Positions 32,682 to 43,565 are shown, counted from the first letter of the stretch. The stretch: DNA of 64,000 nt from Alphaproteobacteria bacterium (GCA_965225945.1 CBDDBZ010000026.1:32001-96000), one strand, 5' to 3'. The notes: generated by a model not told the origin, from the letters alone. A program made the numbers and translations.

Positions 32682-33950
32682 ATGAACATTCTCGTCATCG
32701 GATCCGGAGGGCGGGAGCACGCGCTCTGCTGGGCGCTTGCCGATTCACCGCTCACCGACACTCTGTTCTGTGCCCCCGGCAACGCCGGAATCGCCGAGCT
32801 CGCCCGCCCGCTCGACATCGACCCGATGGATTTCGAAGGCATACTCGGCTTCTGCCGCTCAGAGGAGATCGACTTCGTCGTCGTCGGGCCGGAGGCGCCG
32901 CTGGTCGCGGGGCTCGTGGACCGGCTCGACGCCGCCGGGATCAAGGCTTTCGGACCCAACGCCGAGGCGGCGAAGCTGGAAGGCTCCAAGGCATATACCA
33001 AGGATCTCTGCGCCGAGGTCGGTATTCCCACCGCCGAATATCGCCGCTTCACCGACCTGGAGGCAGCGACGGCGTACATCCAGGCCCGCGGCGCGCCGAT
33101 CGTGGTCAAGGCCGACGGTCTCGCCGCCGGCAAGGGCGCTATCGTGGCTGGCGACGTCGAGGCGGCGATCGAGGCGGCCGGAGAAATCCTGGGCGGGCGC
33201 TTCGGCGCGGCGGGTGCCGAGATCGTGGTGGAGGACTTCCTCGAGGGCGAGGAGGCGAGCTTCTTCGCGCTGACCGACGGGGAGAGCGTGCTGGCGCTCG
33301 CCACTGCCGAGGACCACAAACGCGTGGGCGAGGGTGACGTGGGTCCCAACACCGGCGGAATGGGCGCTTATTCGCCGGCCCCGGTGATGACCGAGGCGAT
33401 GGTCGAGGCGACGCTCGAGCGCATCGTCAAACCTACGGTCCGGGCCATGGCGGCGCGCGGGCGGCCCTACAAGGGGGTGCTCTACGCCGGGCTGATGATC
33501 AACGACGCCGGGCCCCATCTGATCGAATACAACTGCCGCTTCGGCGATCCGGAATGCCAGGCGCAGATGGCCAGGCTCCGCTCCGATCTGCTGCCGGCGT
33601 TGATCGCTTGCGCCGACGGTCAACTTCGCAACGTCGACCTCCGCTGGCGCGACGAGGTGGCGCTGGTCGTGGTCATGGCCGCCTCGGGCTATCCGGGCGA
33701 GTATGCCAAGGGAAGCGAGATCGCGCGGACCGAACTGGCGGGCGAGCTGCCGGACGTCACCGTGTTCCACGCCGGCACCCGGCGCGACGGCGGCCGGCTG
33801 GTGGCGAACGGAGGTCGGGTGCTGGGGGTCACCGCGCTCGGCGCGGACGTGGCGGCGGCCCGGCGGCGGGCCTACGAGGCGGTCGACGTCATCGACTGGC
33901 CCGACGGCTTCTGCCGCCGCGATATCGGTGCCCGGGCGTTTCGCCGCTGA
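32682..33950 (+). CDS. purD: Phosphoribosylamine-glycine ligase
   Basis: [37 protein letters not shown]. Confidence 0.97.
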   Translation: MNILVIGSGGREHALCWALADSPLTDTLFCAPGNAGIAELARPLDIDPMDFEGILGFCRSEEIDFVVVGPEAPLVAGLVDRLDAAGIKAFGPNAEAAKLEGSKAYTKDLCAEVGIPTAEYRRFTDLEAATAYIQARGAPIVVKADGLAAGKGAIVAGDVEAAIEAAGEILGGRFGAAGAEIVVEDFLEGEEASFFALTDGESVLALATAEDHKRVGEGDVGPNTGGMGAYSPAPVMTEAMVEATLERIVKPTVRAMAARGRPYKGVLYAGLMINDAGPHLIEYNCRFGDPECQAQMARLRSDLLPALIACADGQLRNVDLRWRDEVALVVVMAASGYPGEYAKGSEIARTELAGELPDVTVFHAGTRRDGGRLVANGGRVLGVTALGADVAAARRRAYEAVDVIDWPDGFCRRDIGARAFRR

Positions 33951-34031
33951 GTGGGGGAGCGGGTGGTTCCGTCAAGTCTGACAATGCATTAGGATCGCCC
34001 ACCCGGGGGGTCTGCCCAGGAATCGGAGATC

Positions 34032-35147
34032 ATGAACGAGCAGCTCATCTACGATCCGGTTTACGATGTCGTCGATCCGAGCGAGTTTCGCCGCCTGATC
34101 GAGGTCGACCGCTACAATCGCCGCTCGGCGGCCTTCGACCCCATCATCTCCGCCACCAACGATCACTTCTGGGACCCGACGGACAAGCGATACGTCGACT
34201 TCACGGTGCCGTTCGACATCGACCGGGACTACATAATGCCGGCCCACCGGCTGCCCGAATTTCGCAGCCCCCTGGTCCAGGCCCTGCCGGAAGACCGGAA
34301 GGCCCGCCTCGCCAACGAGATCACCCGCTGGCAGCTCTCCGCGATCCTGCACGGCGAACAAGGGGCGCTATCGCTTTCGGCCGGGCTCTGCAGCCTGCTG
34401 CATGACGCGGGCGCCCAGGAATACGCCGCCAACCAGGCTCGCGAGGAGGCCCGCCACGTCACCGGCTTCGCGCTCTATATCGAGCATCGCTGGGGCGAGG
34501 CGCTGCCCGTGGGCGACGTGCTGGGTGATCTGCTGGAGGACCTGGTCGCCACCCCGATCATTTGGAAGAAGCTGGTCGGCATGCAGATGCTGCTGGAGGG
34601 CCTGGCGATGGGTGCCTTCGCCAACATCCATGCCCATACCAACGATCCGGTGCTGAAGCGCCTGGTACAGCTGGTCATGACCGACGAGGCCTTCCACCAC
34701 CGTTTCGGCAAGATCTGGGCCGATCGCACGATGCCGAAAATGAGCCAGGCCGAACGTGACCAGATCGAGGACTGGGCGGCGGAATGCTTCGAGGCGCTGC
34801 TCTTCAACTTGGTGAACATCCGCCAGAAGCGGGTCGTTTACGGCCAGTTCGGCCTCGACTGGGAGGAATTGCGCGAGACCATCCGCGAGGTTTACGACGA
34901 CAGTGACCGGCGCAACGAGCTCAAGGAAGGCTCCAACGTCTTCCGGGTGCTGACGCGGACCTTGATCAAGGCCGGCATCATCACCAAACGCACCCGCTCG
35001 CTCTACGGCGCCTGGGTCGACATGGCCGAGCTGGAGAGCGAGGGCGACGAGATGGTGGGCGACGCCATCGCGGCGGAGGGGATCGACACCCTCCTCGCGA
35101 TCAACAGCGGGCGGCGCAACATCGCCGCCAAGACCGCCGCCGCCTGA
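34032..35147 (+). CDS. Ferritin-like diiron protein (AurF-like)
   Basis: HGEQGAL, EEARH, LEGLA, DEAFHH diiron ExxH motifs. Confidence 0.8.
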   Translation: MNEQLIYDPVYDVVDPSEFRRLIEVDRYNRRSAAFDPIISATNDHFWDPTDKRYVDFTVPFDIDRDYIMPAHRLPEFRSPLVQALPEDRKARLANEITRWQLSAILHGEQGALSLSAGLCSLLHDAGAQEYAANQAREEARHVTGFALYIEHRWGEALPVGDVLGDLLEDLVATPIIWKKLVGMQMLLEGLAMGAFANIHAHTNDPVLKRLVQLVMTDEAFHHRFGKIWADRTMPKMSQAERDQIEDWAAECFEALLFNLVNIRQKRVVYGQFGLDWEELRETIREVYDDSDRRNELKEGSNVFRVLTRTLIKAGIITKRTRSLYGAWVDMAELESEGDEMVGDAIAAEGIDTLLAINSGRRNIAAKTAAA

Positions 35148-35179
35148 GCACGAAGCGTCGCAGCCGAGGGGGACGAGGG

Positions 35180-36253
35180 GTGGATCGCGGCGCCGAGATG
35201 CAGCGGAACTTCGCCGGCACCATGGCGGTGCGCGCGCAGCACCGCTTCGACTTGGGGCCCCTGCAACGCTTCATGGAGGGCAATGTCGAGGGCTTCTCCG
35301 GCCCGCTCGAAGTCGAGCAGTTCAGGGGCGGGCAGTCCTGTCCGACCTATCGGCTCTCCGCCGGCGGGCGGCACTACGTGCTGCGCCGCAAGCCACCGGG
35401 CAAGCTGCTGCCCTCGGCCCATGCGGTCGAGCGCGAATACCGCGTCATCACCGCGCTTCGCGACACCGCCGTCCCGGTGCCCAGGACCTTCGTCCAATCG
35501 GGCGACGAAGCGGTGGTCGGCACCGCCTTCTACGTCATGGAGTGGGTCGACGGCCGGGTGTTCTGGGATCCGACGCTGCCCGACCTCGCCGGAAGCGAGC
35601 GATACCGGATCTACGACGCCATGGGCGAGGTCATGGCGGCGTTGCACAAAGTCGACTATGACGCGGTCGGCCTGGGCGATTTCGGCCGGCCGGGGAGCTA
35701 CATCCAGCGCCAGATCTCCCGCTGGTCGAAGCAGTATCGGGCCTCCGAGACCGAGACCATTCCCGAGATGGACCGGCTGATCGAATGGCTGCCGGCGACG
35801 CTCGCGGCCGCGGACGAGACCTGCCTGGTGCACGGCGATTTTCGCCTCGACAACATGATCTTCCATCCCAGCGAGCCGCGCGTCCTGGCGGTGCTCGACT
35901 GGGAATTGGCGACCCTCGGCCATCCCTTGGCCGACTTCACCTATCTCTTGCTGGGCTGGCGGCTCGGCGGCGACCTGTTCCGGGGCGTCGGCGGCCAGGA
36001 CCTCGAGGCACTGGGCATCCCGAGCGAAGCGGAGTTCATCCAAGCCTATTGCCGGCGGATGGGGCGGGCCGGGATCGACGATATCGACTGGTACCAAGCC
36101 TACAACATGTTCCGCCTCGCCGCGATCCTGCAGGGGATCATGGGCCGCGCGCTGGACGGCACCGCGGCCAGCGAGCATGCCTGGGAAGAAGGCAAACGGG
36201 CCCGCCCGATGGCCGAGGCGGCCTGGCGGCAGGTCGAGAAGATCGCCGGATGA
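35180..36253 (+). CDS. APH-family phosphotransferase (ACAD10/LvaA-like), copy 1
   Basis: GGQSCPTY, LLPSAHAVEREY, HGDFRLDN, LDWEL. Confidence 0.9.
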   Translation: MDRGAEMQRNFAGTMAVRAQHRFDLGPLQRFMEGNVEGFSGPLEVEQFRGGQSCPTYRLSAGGRHYVLRRKPPGKLLPSAHAVEREYRVITALRDTAVPVPRTFVQSGDEAVVGTAFYVMEWVDGRVFWDPTLPDLAGSERYRIYDAMGEVMAALHKVDYDAVGLGDFGRPGSYIQRQISRWSKQYRASETETIPEMDRLIEWLPATLAAADETCLVHGDFRLDNMIFHPSEPRVLAVLDWELATLGHPLADFTYLLLGWRLGGDLFRGVGGQDLEALGIPSEAEFIQAYCRRMGRAGIDDIDWYQAYNMFRLAAILQGIMGRALDGTAASEHAWEEGKRARPMAEAAWRQVEKIAG

Positions 36254-37311
36254 GGCACGAGGCCGCCTACGAGGGCGTCGAGATCATACCCGCGCGCGAG
36301 GCGCATCGGCTGGACGAGGCGGCGCTCGAGGGCTATCTCCGGGCGTTCGTCGAAGGTTTTCGGGGCCCCCAGGTCGTGCGCCAATTCGAGGGTGGTCAAT
36401 CGAACCCGACCTATTTCCTGGAGGCGGGCGGACGGCACTATGTCATGCTAAAGAAGCCGCCGGGAAAGCTGCTGCCCTCGGCTCACGCGGTCGAGCGCGA
36501 ATACCGCGTCATCACCGCGCTTCGCGACACGCCCGTGCCGGTGCCCGAGACCTGTCTCCTCTGCGCGGACGAGAGCATCCTCGGCACGCCCTTCTTCGTG
36601 ATGTCGTATGTGCCGGGCCGGCTGCTGGTCGACCCGCGCCTCCAGAGCCTGGCGAAGGCGGATCGGATGCCGCTGCTGATGCATTTCGTCGAGTGCCTGG
36701 CCGCGCTCCACGGCGTCGACCATGAGCGAATTGGCCTCGCTGAATTCGGCCGGCCAGGGAACTACTATCGCCGGCAGTACGACCGCTGGGCCAAGCAGTA
36801 TCGCGCCTCGGAGACGGAAACGATTCCGGCGATGGACCGGCTGATCGCGTGGCTGCCGGACCGGATCCCCGAGACCGACGAGACCACCCTGGTGCACGGC
36901 GACTACAGAATTGGCAATTGTCTGGTCCACCCGAGCGAGCCACGCGTCGCCGCCGTGCTCGACTGGGAGCTCTCGACCCTCGGCCATCCGCTGGCCGACC
37001 TCGCCTATACCTGCATGGTCTATCACGCCGATACCGGGCGGACCGGAAACTTTCTGGAGCTCGACTTCGAGACGGCGGGGGTGCCGACGGAAGAGGAATT
37101 CGTCGGCCGCTATTGTGCACTCACTGGACGCGAGGGAATCGACGACTGGCCCTTCTACGTGGTCTTCGCCATCTTTCGCATCGCGGCAATCGTCCAGGGT
37201 GTCTACAAGCGCGGCCTCGACGGCATCTCCGCCTCGGCGCAATCGCTCGAGTTCAAGGACGTCTGCCGGCTCCGCGCCGAGCAGGCCTGGCGCCTGGTCG
37301 AGCGGATCTGA
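36250..37311 (+). CDS. APH-family phosphotransferase (ACAD10/LvaA-like), copy 2
   Basis: GGQSNPTY, LLPSAHAVEREY, HGDYRIGN, LDWELSTLG; ATGA overlap with copy 1. Confidence 0.9.
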   Translation: MRHEAAYEGVEIIPAREAHRLDEAALEGYLRAFVEGFRGPQVVRQFEGGQSNPTYFLEAGGRHYVMLKKPPGKLLPSAHAVEREYRVITALRDTPVPVPETCLLCADESILGTPFFVMSYVPGRLLVDPRLQSLAKADRMPLLMHFVECLAALHGVDHERIGLAEFGRPGNYYRRQYDRWAKQYRASETETIPAMDRLIAWLPDRIPETDETTLVHGDYRIGNCLVHPSEPRVAAVLDWELSTLGHPLADLAYTCMVYHADTGRTGNFLELDFETAGVPTEEEFVGRYCALTGREGIDDWPFYVVFAIFRIAAIVQGVYKRGLDGISASAQSLEFKDVCRLRAEQAWRLVERI

Positions 37312-37323
37312 GGTCGGCCCGAG

Positions 37324-38883
37324 ATGCAACTGACGCAAGGTCTCAAACGCGCGGTGCAGGCCAACGCGGGCGGCATCGGCTGCGAGGGCGAGGGCTTCAG
37401 GCGCGAGTGGGCGGAGGTGGCGGAGCGGATCCAGCGGCTCGCCGCCGGCCTCCGCGCGCTCGGCCTCCGGGACGGCGACCGGGTGGCGATCCTCAGCCTC
37501 AACTCCGCCCGCTATTTCGAGCTGCTCTACGCCGTCGCCTGGGCGGGCGGGGTCTTCGTGCCGGTCAACTCGCGGCTGGCAGGGCCGGAGGTTGCCTATT
37601 GGCTGAATGATTCCGAAGCCCGGATCTTCTGCCTCGACGACGCCTTCCTCGACCTCTGGGGCACCATCCGCGAGCAAGTGCCCGCGGTCGAGAGCCTGGT
37701 CTATATCGCCGACGACGCGGCGCCGGACGGCATGACCCATCACGAGGCGCTGATCGAGGCCAGCGCGCCGATCCCGGACGCGGGCAAGGGCGGCGACGAT
37801 CTGGTCGGCCTGTACTATACCGGCGGCACCACCGGTCGCTCCAAGGGCGTGATGCTGAGCCACCGGAACCTGGTCTCGAACGCGATGCAGGTCGTTTGCG
37901 GCCTGGGCTTCGAGCGCCAGTCGAGTTGGCTGCATATCGCGCCGATGTTCCACCAGGCGGATGCCTTGGGCACTTTCGCGATGACCATGGTGGCGGGGCG
38001 ACATTGCTTCGTGCCGAGCTTCACGCCCGAAGGCGCGCTCGAGGCGATGTCGCGTTACCGGATCAGCCATGCGATCTACGTGCCGACGATGATGAACATG
38101 ATCGTCAATCACCCCGACGTGACGGCCTACGACCTGAGCTCGGTGCGCCGGATCCTCTATGGCGCCTCGCCCATGCCGGAGGCGGTGCTGCGGCGCGCGC
38201 TCGAGGTGATGGCGGGGGTGGAATTCGTGCAAGGCTATGGACTGACGGAAGCGGCGCCGATCCTGACCATGCTGGCGCCCGAATATCACTCGGGCGCGAG
38301 CGCGGAAGCGGGCAAGATCGCCTCCGTCGGCCAGTCCGCGTTCGCGGTCGAGGTCCGGATCCTGGACGAGGACGGGGCCGAGGTGGCGCCCGGCGTGGTC
38401 GGCGAGATCTGTGCCCGGGGGCCGAACGTGATGCTCGGCTATTGGCGCCAGCCGGAGCTGACGGCCGAGACGCTCCGGGACGGCTGGCTGCATACCGGCG
38501 ACGGCGGCCATATGGACGAGGATGGCTTCCTCTACGTCGTCGACCGGCTGAAGGACATGATCATCACCGGGGGCGAGAACGTCTTTTCGGCCGAGGTGGA
38601 AAATGCGCTCTACCAGCATGCCGCCGTGCTGGAATGCGCCGTCATCGCCATCCCCGACGACAAATGGGGCGAGCGGGTCCACGCCATCGTCCGCCTGAAG
38701 CCGGACATGGCGGCGAGCGAGGACGAACTCGTCGCCCATTGCCGGAGCCTCATCGCCGGCTACAAGGTGCCGCGCTCGGTTGCTTTCCGCGCCGAAGCGC
38801 TACCCTTGAGCGGCGCCGGCAAGATCCTGAAGACGGAGCTCCGCGCGCCCTATTGGCGAGATCGTGATCGGCGGGTGAATTGA
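37324..38883 (+). CDS. Acyl-CoA ligase (AMP-binding)
   Basis: YTGGTTGRSKG, GYGLTE, LHTGD, DRLKDMIITGGENV. Confidence 0.92.
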   Translation: MQLTQGLKRAVQANAGGIGCEGEGFRREWAEVAERIQRLAAGLRALGLRDGDRVAILSLNSARYFELLYAVAWAGGVFVPVNSRLAGPEVAYWLNDSEARIFCLDDAFLDLWGTIREQVPAVESLVYIADDAAPDGMTHHEALIEASAPIPDAGKGGDDLVGLYYTGGTTGRSKGVMLSHRNLVSNAMQVVCGLGFERQSSWLHIAPMFHQADALGTFAMTMVAGRHCFVPSFTPEGALEAMSRYRISHAIYVPTMMNMIVNHPDVTAYDLSSVRRILYGASPMPEAVLRRALEVMAGVEFVQGYGLTEAAPILTMLAPEYHSGASAEAGKIASVGQSAFAVEVRILDEDGAEVAPGVVGEICARGPNVMLGYWRQPELTAETLRDGWLHTGDGGHMDEDGFLYVVDRLKDMIITGGENVFSAEVENALYQHAAVLECAVIAIPDDKWGERVHAIVRLKPDMAASEDELVAHCRSLIAGYKVPRSVAFRAEALPLSGAGKILKTELRAPYWRDRDRRVN

Positions 38884-40100
38884 GCCCAGCCTCGCCCGCC
38901 GGCGAGCGAAGCGCTCGCCACGTCGCGGTGACCGCCATCGCCTTCTATTCGGCCACCGTCGCCTGGGGCATCACCTTCTACGGTCACAGCGTCTACATGG
39001 CGGAACTGCAGGCCCGCCACGGCTGGTCGGCGAGCTTGATCTCCAGCGCCATCTCGCTGGGCTGGCTGGTCGGCATTCTCGCCACCATGGCCTATGCCCG
39101 TTTGATCGAGCGGGGCCGGGCGCCGCTGGTCGTCGTCCTGGGGGTGGTGGCGACGGCGCTCGCCGTGGCCTCGCTCGGTCAGCTTCGCCCGCCCTGGCAG
39201 CTCTTCATCGCCTTCCCCCTCATGGCCTGCGGCTATCCGGCGCTGGCGGCGCCGGCGATCAGCGCGGTGCTGGCCGACTGGTTCGAGCGGCGCTACGGTC
39301 TGGCCCTCGCCCTCGCGCTCAGCGGCGCCAGCCTGGGCGGCGCGGTGCTGCCGCCCCTGATGGTCTGGGCGAGCGCGCGTTACGGCTTTCCCTGGATGGT
39401 GGCTGGGCTCGCCGCCCTGACCGCGGCGACGATGCTGCCGCTGGCCGGCGTGCTTCTCCGCCTGGGCCAGGGACCGGTCCGTCGACGGCGGATGGCGGCG
39501 AGCCTGGCGGAGGGCGGCGGCTGGGACCGCCGGCTTCTGCTTCGCACGCCAGCCTTCTGGCGGATCGCCGTCGCCTGCTCCCTCGCGCTCTTCGCCCAGG
39601 TCGGCTTCCTGGCCCATCAGGTGCCGATGCTGGGCGGCGCCCTCGGCCCGCAGACCGCCGCGCTCGCGGTCAGCGCGACGGCGATTTCGGCCGGTGTGGG
39701 CCGCCTGATCGTCGGATATCTCGCCGACCGGGTTCCCCTGGCGCCGCTGACGGCGGCCTGCCACCTGATCCAGCTCGCCGGCTTCGTGATCGTGCTTCGG
39801 GCGGAGAGCGGGGCGGCGCTCTTCCTCGCTGCGGGCGTGATCGGCTTTCCGGTCGGCGCCATCGTCCTGCTGCCGGCGCTGCTGCTGCGCCAGGCCTTCG
39901 GCGGCCGCCATTACGGCCGGGTCTACGCCATCGCCAACGTCGGACTGGCGCTCGGTATCGGCTTCGGGCCCGGCGTGGTCGGCTGGCTCCACGATGCCGC
40001 CGGCGGCTACGGCCCGGCGCTCTGGTGTCTGGTCGCGGCCCAACTGGCGGCGGCGGTGGTAATCCTGCTGGGCCGAGATCGGCGAGCCCGCGTAACGTGA
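38880..40100 (+). CDS. MFS transporter
   Basis: About 12 TM segments, WFERRYGLA, GYLADR. Confidence 0.85.
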   Translation: MSPASPAGERSARHVAVTAIAFYSATVAWGITFYGHSVYMAELQARHGWSASLISSAISLGWLVGILATMAYARLIERGRAPLVVVLGVVATALAVASLGQLRPPWQLFIAFPLMACGYPALAAPAISAVLADWFERRYGLALALALSGASLGGAVLPPLMVWASARYGFPWMVAGLAALTAATMLPLAGVLLRLGQGPVRRRRMAASLAEGGGWDRRLLLRTPAFWRIAVACSLALFAQVGFLAHQVPMLGGALGPQTAALAVSATAISAGVGRLIVGYLADRVPLAPLTAACHLIQLAGFVIVLRAESGAALFLAAGVIGFPVGAIVLLPALLLRQAFGGRHYGRVYAIANVGLALGIGFGPGVVGWLHDAAGGYGPALWCLVAAQLAAAVVILLGRDRRARVT

Positions 40101-40150
40101 GCTGCCTTTCGGGCACGAGGCGCGGGCGGTCCCGCGCGCTTCCAGTATCG

Positions 40151-41104
40151 TTATCCGCCCTCGGGGCCGTGCAGCGCGCGCTTGGCCAGCATCACATGGA
40201 CGCCCTTGTTGACGTTCACCATCTGGGTGATGCGGAGGTCGGCGGCCAGGCTGCAGAGGGTATAGGCATCTTCGCGGGAGAGGTTGGTGCGCTCCTGGAT
40301 CAGCTCGATCATGTCGCGTAGTGCCTGGCGCGCGGCGCTGTCCAGGTCCTCGTGGAAGTCCATGGTTATGTAGTGGCTCGGCGTCTCGGCCCGGGGCCGG
40401 ACCAACGCGAGGTCGGGGCGGCGGATCAGCTCGAAGCTGCCGCTCAGCGCCGTCTCGATCGCGGAAACGCAGACCTCGCCGTCGCCCTGCACCGCGTGGC
40501 CGTCCCCGGCGGAGAAATTGGCGCCCGCCACGTGCACCGGCAGGAACAGCGTGGTGCCGGCGATCAGCTCCTTGTTGTCCAGGTTGCCGCCGTGGCGGCG
40601 CGGGATGATCGAAGTGATGCGGCCCCAAGCCGGCGGCGGCGCCACGCCCATGACGCCGAAGAAGGGGCGGAGCGGCAGGTCGACGCCCCAGGGCAGCTTG
40701 CCGACCATTCTGGCCGAGTCGAGCGGGATGTGCAGCAGCCGCTCCTCGGCGAACTCGTCGGGCAGCGCGCCCGAGAGCGGGCGGACCACGTTCCAGCCCC
40801 AGTCGGTGCGCAGGCGCACGTCGAGGATCCGCACTTCCAACACCTCGCCCGGCTCGGCGCCACGGACGGCGATCGGACCGGTCAGGATATGGCCCGGCAT
40901 CTCCGGGCCCCGCTCCCGGTGCAGTTGGCGCTGCTCCTCGGGCACGTGGAAGCCCGCGTCGGGGGTCACCTCCGGGGCGCCGGAAATGCTGTGCAGGGTC
41001 ACCCGGTCGCCCGACTCGATTTCCAGGCGCGGCGGGAGCGCCGCATCGAAGATCCCCCAATGGACGTTCTCCGGCGTCGCCTGGATCTCGTGCTCGGTGG
41101 CCAT
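40151..41104 (-). CDS. Acetamidase/formamidase family protein
   Basis: GHILTGPI, HGGNLDNK, GDGHAVQGDGEV. Confidence 0.9.
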   Translation of the reverse strand: MATEHEIQATPENVHWGIFDAALPPRLEIESGDRVTLHSISGAPEVTPDAGFHVPEEQRQLHRERGPEMPGHILTGPIAVRGAEPGEVLEVRILDVRLRTDWGWNVVRPLSGALPDEFAEERLLHIPLDSARMVGKLPWGVDLPLRPFFGVMGVAPPPAWGRITSIIPRRHGGNLDNKELIAGTTLFLPVHVAGANFSAGDGHAVQGDGEVCVSAIETALSGSFELIRRPDLALVRPRAETPSHYITMDFHEDLDSAARQALRDMIELIQERTNLSREDAYTLCSLAADLRITQMVNVNKGVHVMLAKRALHGPEGG

Positions 41105-41123
41105 CGGCCCTTCCCTTTGTCCC

Positions 41124-41780
41124 TCAAAGCGCCCGGTCGCTCGAGGCCAGCACCAGATCGAAGCGCGCCGCCACCGCGCCGGCCTCCAGATCGTCGGCCG
41201 GCGCCACCTCGGCTTTCAGCAACGCGCGCCGCGCCGGCTCGGCGACGCCCATGAACAGGCCGTCGCGCCGGTTGCGGGGGTTTCCCTCGAGGTACATCTG
41301 CGTCGTCAGCGCTCGCACCCTCGGCCCCTCGACCCGGAAGTGGATATGCGGTGCGCGGCCCTGGTAGGGCACGGGCGTGACGGTGCGGAAGCGATAGCGC
41401 CCCTCGGCGTCCGTGACCGTCTGGCCGAAGCCGCGAAAATAGCGATCGGCTTTGCCGCGCGGTTCGCCCGGATGGTGGTAGCGGCCGAGCGCGTCGGCCT
41501 GCCAGATGCGCAAGGCGGCACCCGAAATCGGCTCGCCCCATTGATCCAGCACCCGGCCCAGGACGTGCATCACCTGGCCGTAGGCCCCTCGGGGCTGGCC
41601 CTCGACGCTCACCAGGTCCCAGTCCACGTCGCCCGACCATTCGAGGGGAACGAAGGGTCCCGCGCCCTGCGCCGGCGTGGTGGGCCGAACGCGCGCCGCC
41701 AGCGCCGCCCCGCCGACAAGCGCCAGCGCCCAGGCAGCGCCGACGAGGCCGCGTCGCGTGAGGTTCCGATCGAATATCAT
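41124..41780 (-). CDS. Intradiol ring-cleavage dioxygenase family protein with Tat-like signal
   Basis: TRRGL, GPF, IWQADALGRY, PVPY.GRAPHIHF, LTTQMY. Confidence 0.85.
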   Translation of the reverse strand: MIFDRNLTRRGLVGAAWALALVGGAALAARVRPTTPAQGAGPFVPLEWSGDVDWDLVSVEGQPRGAYGQVMHVLGRVLDQWGEPISGAALRIWQADALGRYHHPGEPRGKADRYFRGFGQTVTDAEGRYRFRTVTPVPYQGRAPHIHFRVEGPRVRALTTQMYLEGNPRNRRDGLFMGVAEPARRALLKAEVAPADDLEAGAVAARFDLVLASSDRAL

Positions 41781-41844
41781 GTTGCTCTCCCGTGTGCGCC
41801 CCTGGCCCATGATGTGCGACGCCGGGCCGCGTCGTCCCGTCGCG

Positions 41845-42480
41845 CTAGCGGAGCGGCGAGAAGGGCGCCGGCGTCAGAATGATCGAGTCCATCTCCTCCA
41901 GGCAGTGGCCGGCCTTCTTGCGGAATTCGCCCCACTCGGGGTCGACGTCGACCTTGGCCCGCGCCTCGCTCCTGGCCTCGAGGTTCGGATAGGCCCAGAG
42001 GTGGGAGACCTGGTTCGGGTCCGGCGTTTCCATCTGCCAGATGCCGATGTTCTGGGAGTACTTCTCCCGCACCGGCTGGATCTCCAGGAAATGACCGAGC
42101 CATTCCTTGGCCTTGCCGACGCCGGTCCGGTAGGCGCGGTATTCGTAAATGTTGCCGGTGGTCGCCAGCGGCGTGATCGGCTTTTGTGGGGTGAGAAAGC
42201 GGACTTCCTGCCTCAGGATCAGCGGGTAGACCTTCGGCACGTACTCCTGGGTCCAGTCCTTGTTCTCGGCCAGGCGGCGGCGGTTCTCCTGGCGCGCATC
42301 CAGGCTCTCGTGGCTCCAGATATGGACCACTTGGTTGAGCTTGCCGAACTCCGTCGACCAAAAGCCTTCGAGCTTGCCATATTCGTCACCTCGGATGGGA
42401 ATGCCCACGTTATTCGCCAGCTCGACGAACTTGGGCGCGCCGCCCGGCGTCAGCGTGTAAATCCTGAGCTCGTGCAGCAT
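41845..42480 (-). CDS. NIPSNAP family protein (two domains)
   Basis: HELRIYTL, YEYRAY, NQVSHLWAY, PAPFSPL. Confidence 0.85.
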   Translation of the reverse strand: MLHELRIYTLTPGGAPKFVELANNVGIPIRGDEYGKLEGFWSTEFGKLNQVVHIWSHESLDARQENRRRLAENKDWTQEYVPKVYPLILRQEVRFLTPQKPITPLATTGNIYEYRAYRTGVGKAKEWLGHFLEIQPVREKYSQNIGIWQMETPDPNQVSHLWAYPNLEARSEARAKVDVDPEWGEFRKKAGHCLEEMDSIILTPAPFSPLR

Positions 42481-42620
42481 CACCCTCTCCCTCACCGACC
42501 AACGCGTTCTCGAACGCGCGGCGATCATAGCGGCGCCCGGCGCGCGCCGGAAGGGTCCACCCCGACCAGGCCATCGAATGCGCTATAGTTCCGTTGGCGT
42601 GGCGATGGGGAGACGAGAGC

Positions 42621-43451
42621 ATGAGCCAGGCGGAGAAGGCGGCGCGGTTTCGCGCGCTGCACGAGGCGGAGGGGGCGTTCCTGATCCCCAATCCCTGGGA
42701 TATCGGCACCACCAAGATCATGGAGGACATGGGCTTTTCCGCGCTCGCCACGACCAGCGCCGGCCTCGCCTACAGTCTCGGCCGCGTCGACGGCCGGGCG
42801 CTGGTGAGCCGCGAGGAGGCGCTGGCGCACGCGGCCCAAATTGTCCGGGCGACGTCGCTGCCGGTCTCGGCGGATCTGGAAAACGCCTTCGCCGACACGC
42901 CCGAAGGCGTCGCCGAGACGATGCTGATGGCTAGGCAAGTCGGTCTCGCCGGCGCCTCGGTGGAGGACGCGACGCCGGACCCGGAGGTGCCGATTTACGG
43001 CTTCAATCTGGCGGTGGCGCGGGTCGCGGCGGCGGCCGAAGCGCTGGCCGAGGCGCCGGGAGACTTCGTGTTGACGGCGCGGGCGGAGAACTTCCTGCAC
43101 GGCCGGCCCGATCTCGACGATACCATTCTCCGCCTGAGGGCCTTCGAGGCGGCGGGCGCCGACGTGCTCTATGCGCCGGGCCTGCCGGACCTGGCGGCGG
43201 TGAAACGGGTGGCCTCCTCGGTCTCGAAGCCGGTGAACGTGATCCTGGCGGGGCCGCTTCGCCGCCACTCGGTCGCCGAGTTGGCCGCGGCCGGCGCCAA
43301 GCGGATCAGCATCGGCTCCGGCCTGGCGCGGGCCGCCCTCGGCCTGGTGATGCGGGCGGCGAGCGAGATGGCCGAGGAGGGCACCTTCGGCTGGTTGGAA
43401 GGCACGCCCACCTTCGCGACGCTCGATGCCTTCATGGACGGCCCCGACTAG
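42621..43451 (+). CDS. Isocitrate lyase/PEP mutase family protein
   Basis: PNPWD, ALATTSAG, SADLEN, ARAENF, GADVLYAPGL. Confidence 0.9.
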   Translation: MSQAEKAARFRALHEAEGAFLIPNPWDIGTTKIMEDMGFSALATTSAGLAYSLGRVDGRALVSREEALAHAAQIVRATSLPVSADLENAFADTPEGVAETMLMARQVGLAGASVEDATPDPEVPIYGFNLAVARVAAAAEALAEAPGDFVLTARAENFLHGRPDLDDTILRLRAFEAAGADVLYAPGLPDLAAVKRVASSVSKPVNVILAGPLRRHSVAELAAAGAKRISIGSGLARAALGLVMRAASEMAEEGTFGWLEGTPTFATLDAFMDGPD

Positions 43452-43518
43452 GCCGAGGGGCGCGTGCAGCGGGAGCCGGCGTGCGCGTGTCGGCATTCGT
43501 TCAACTCACACCCGGCCT

Positions 43519-43543
43519 ACCCCCGAGACTCTCCGTAACATTA
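43519..43543 (+). other. Island-boundary motif 1 (XerD-arm-like)
   Basis: ACCCCCGAGACTCTCCGTAACATTA, 18/25 identical to 52071-52095. Confidence 0.5.
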
Positions 43544-43565
43544 TGGAAAGCTAAAGTGGTAATTG

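Noticed and set aside
36448-41060. Very long antisense or shadow ORFs (e.g. 763 aa and 736 aa; many others in the window)
   Set aside because: Expected from high GC and codon bias opposite real genes; no recognisable motifs
43496-43502. TTCGTTC as a direct repeat extending element copy 1 leftwards
   Set aside because: No equivalent at copy 2, and shared identity stops at 43564
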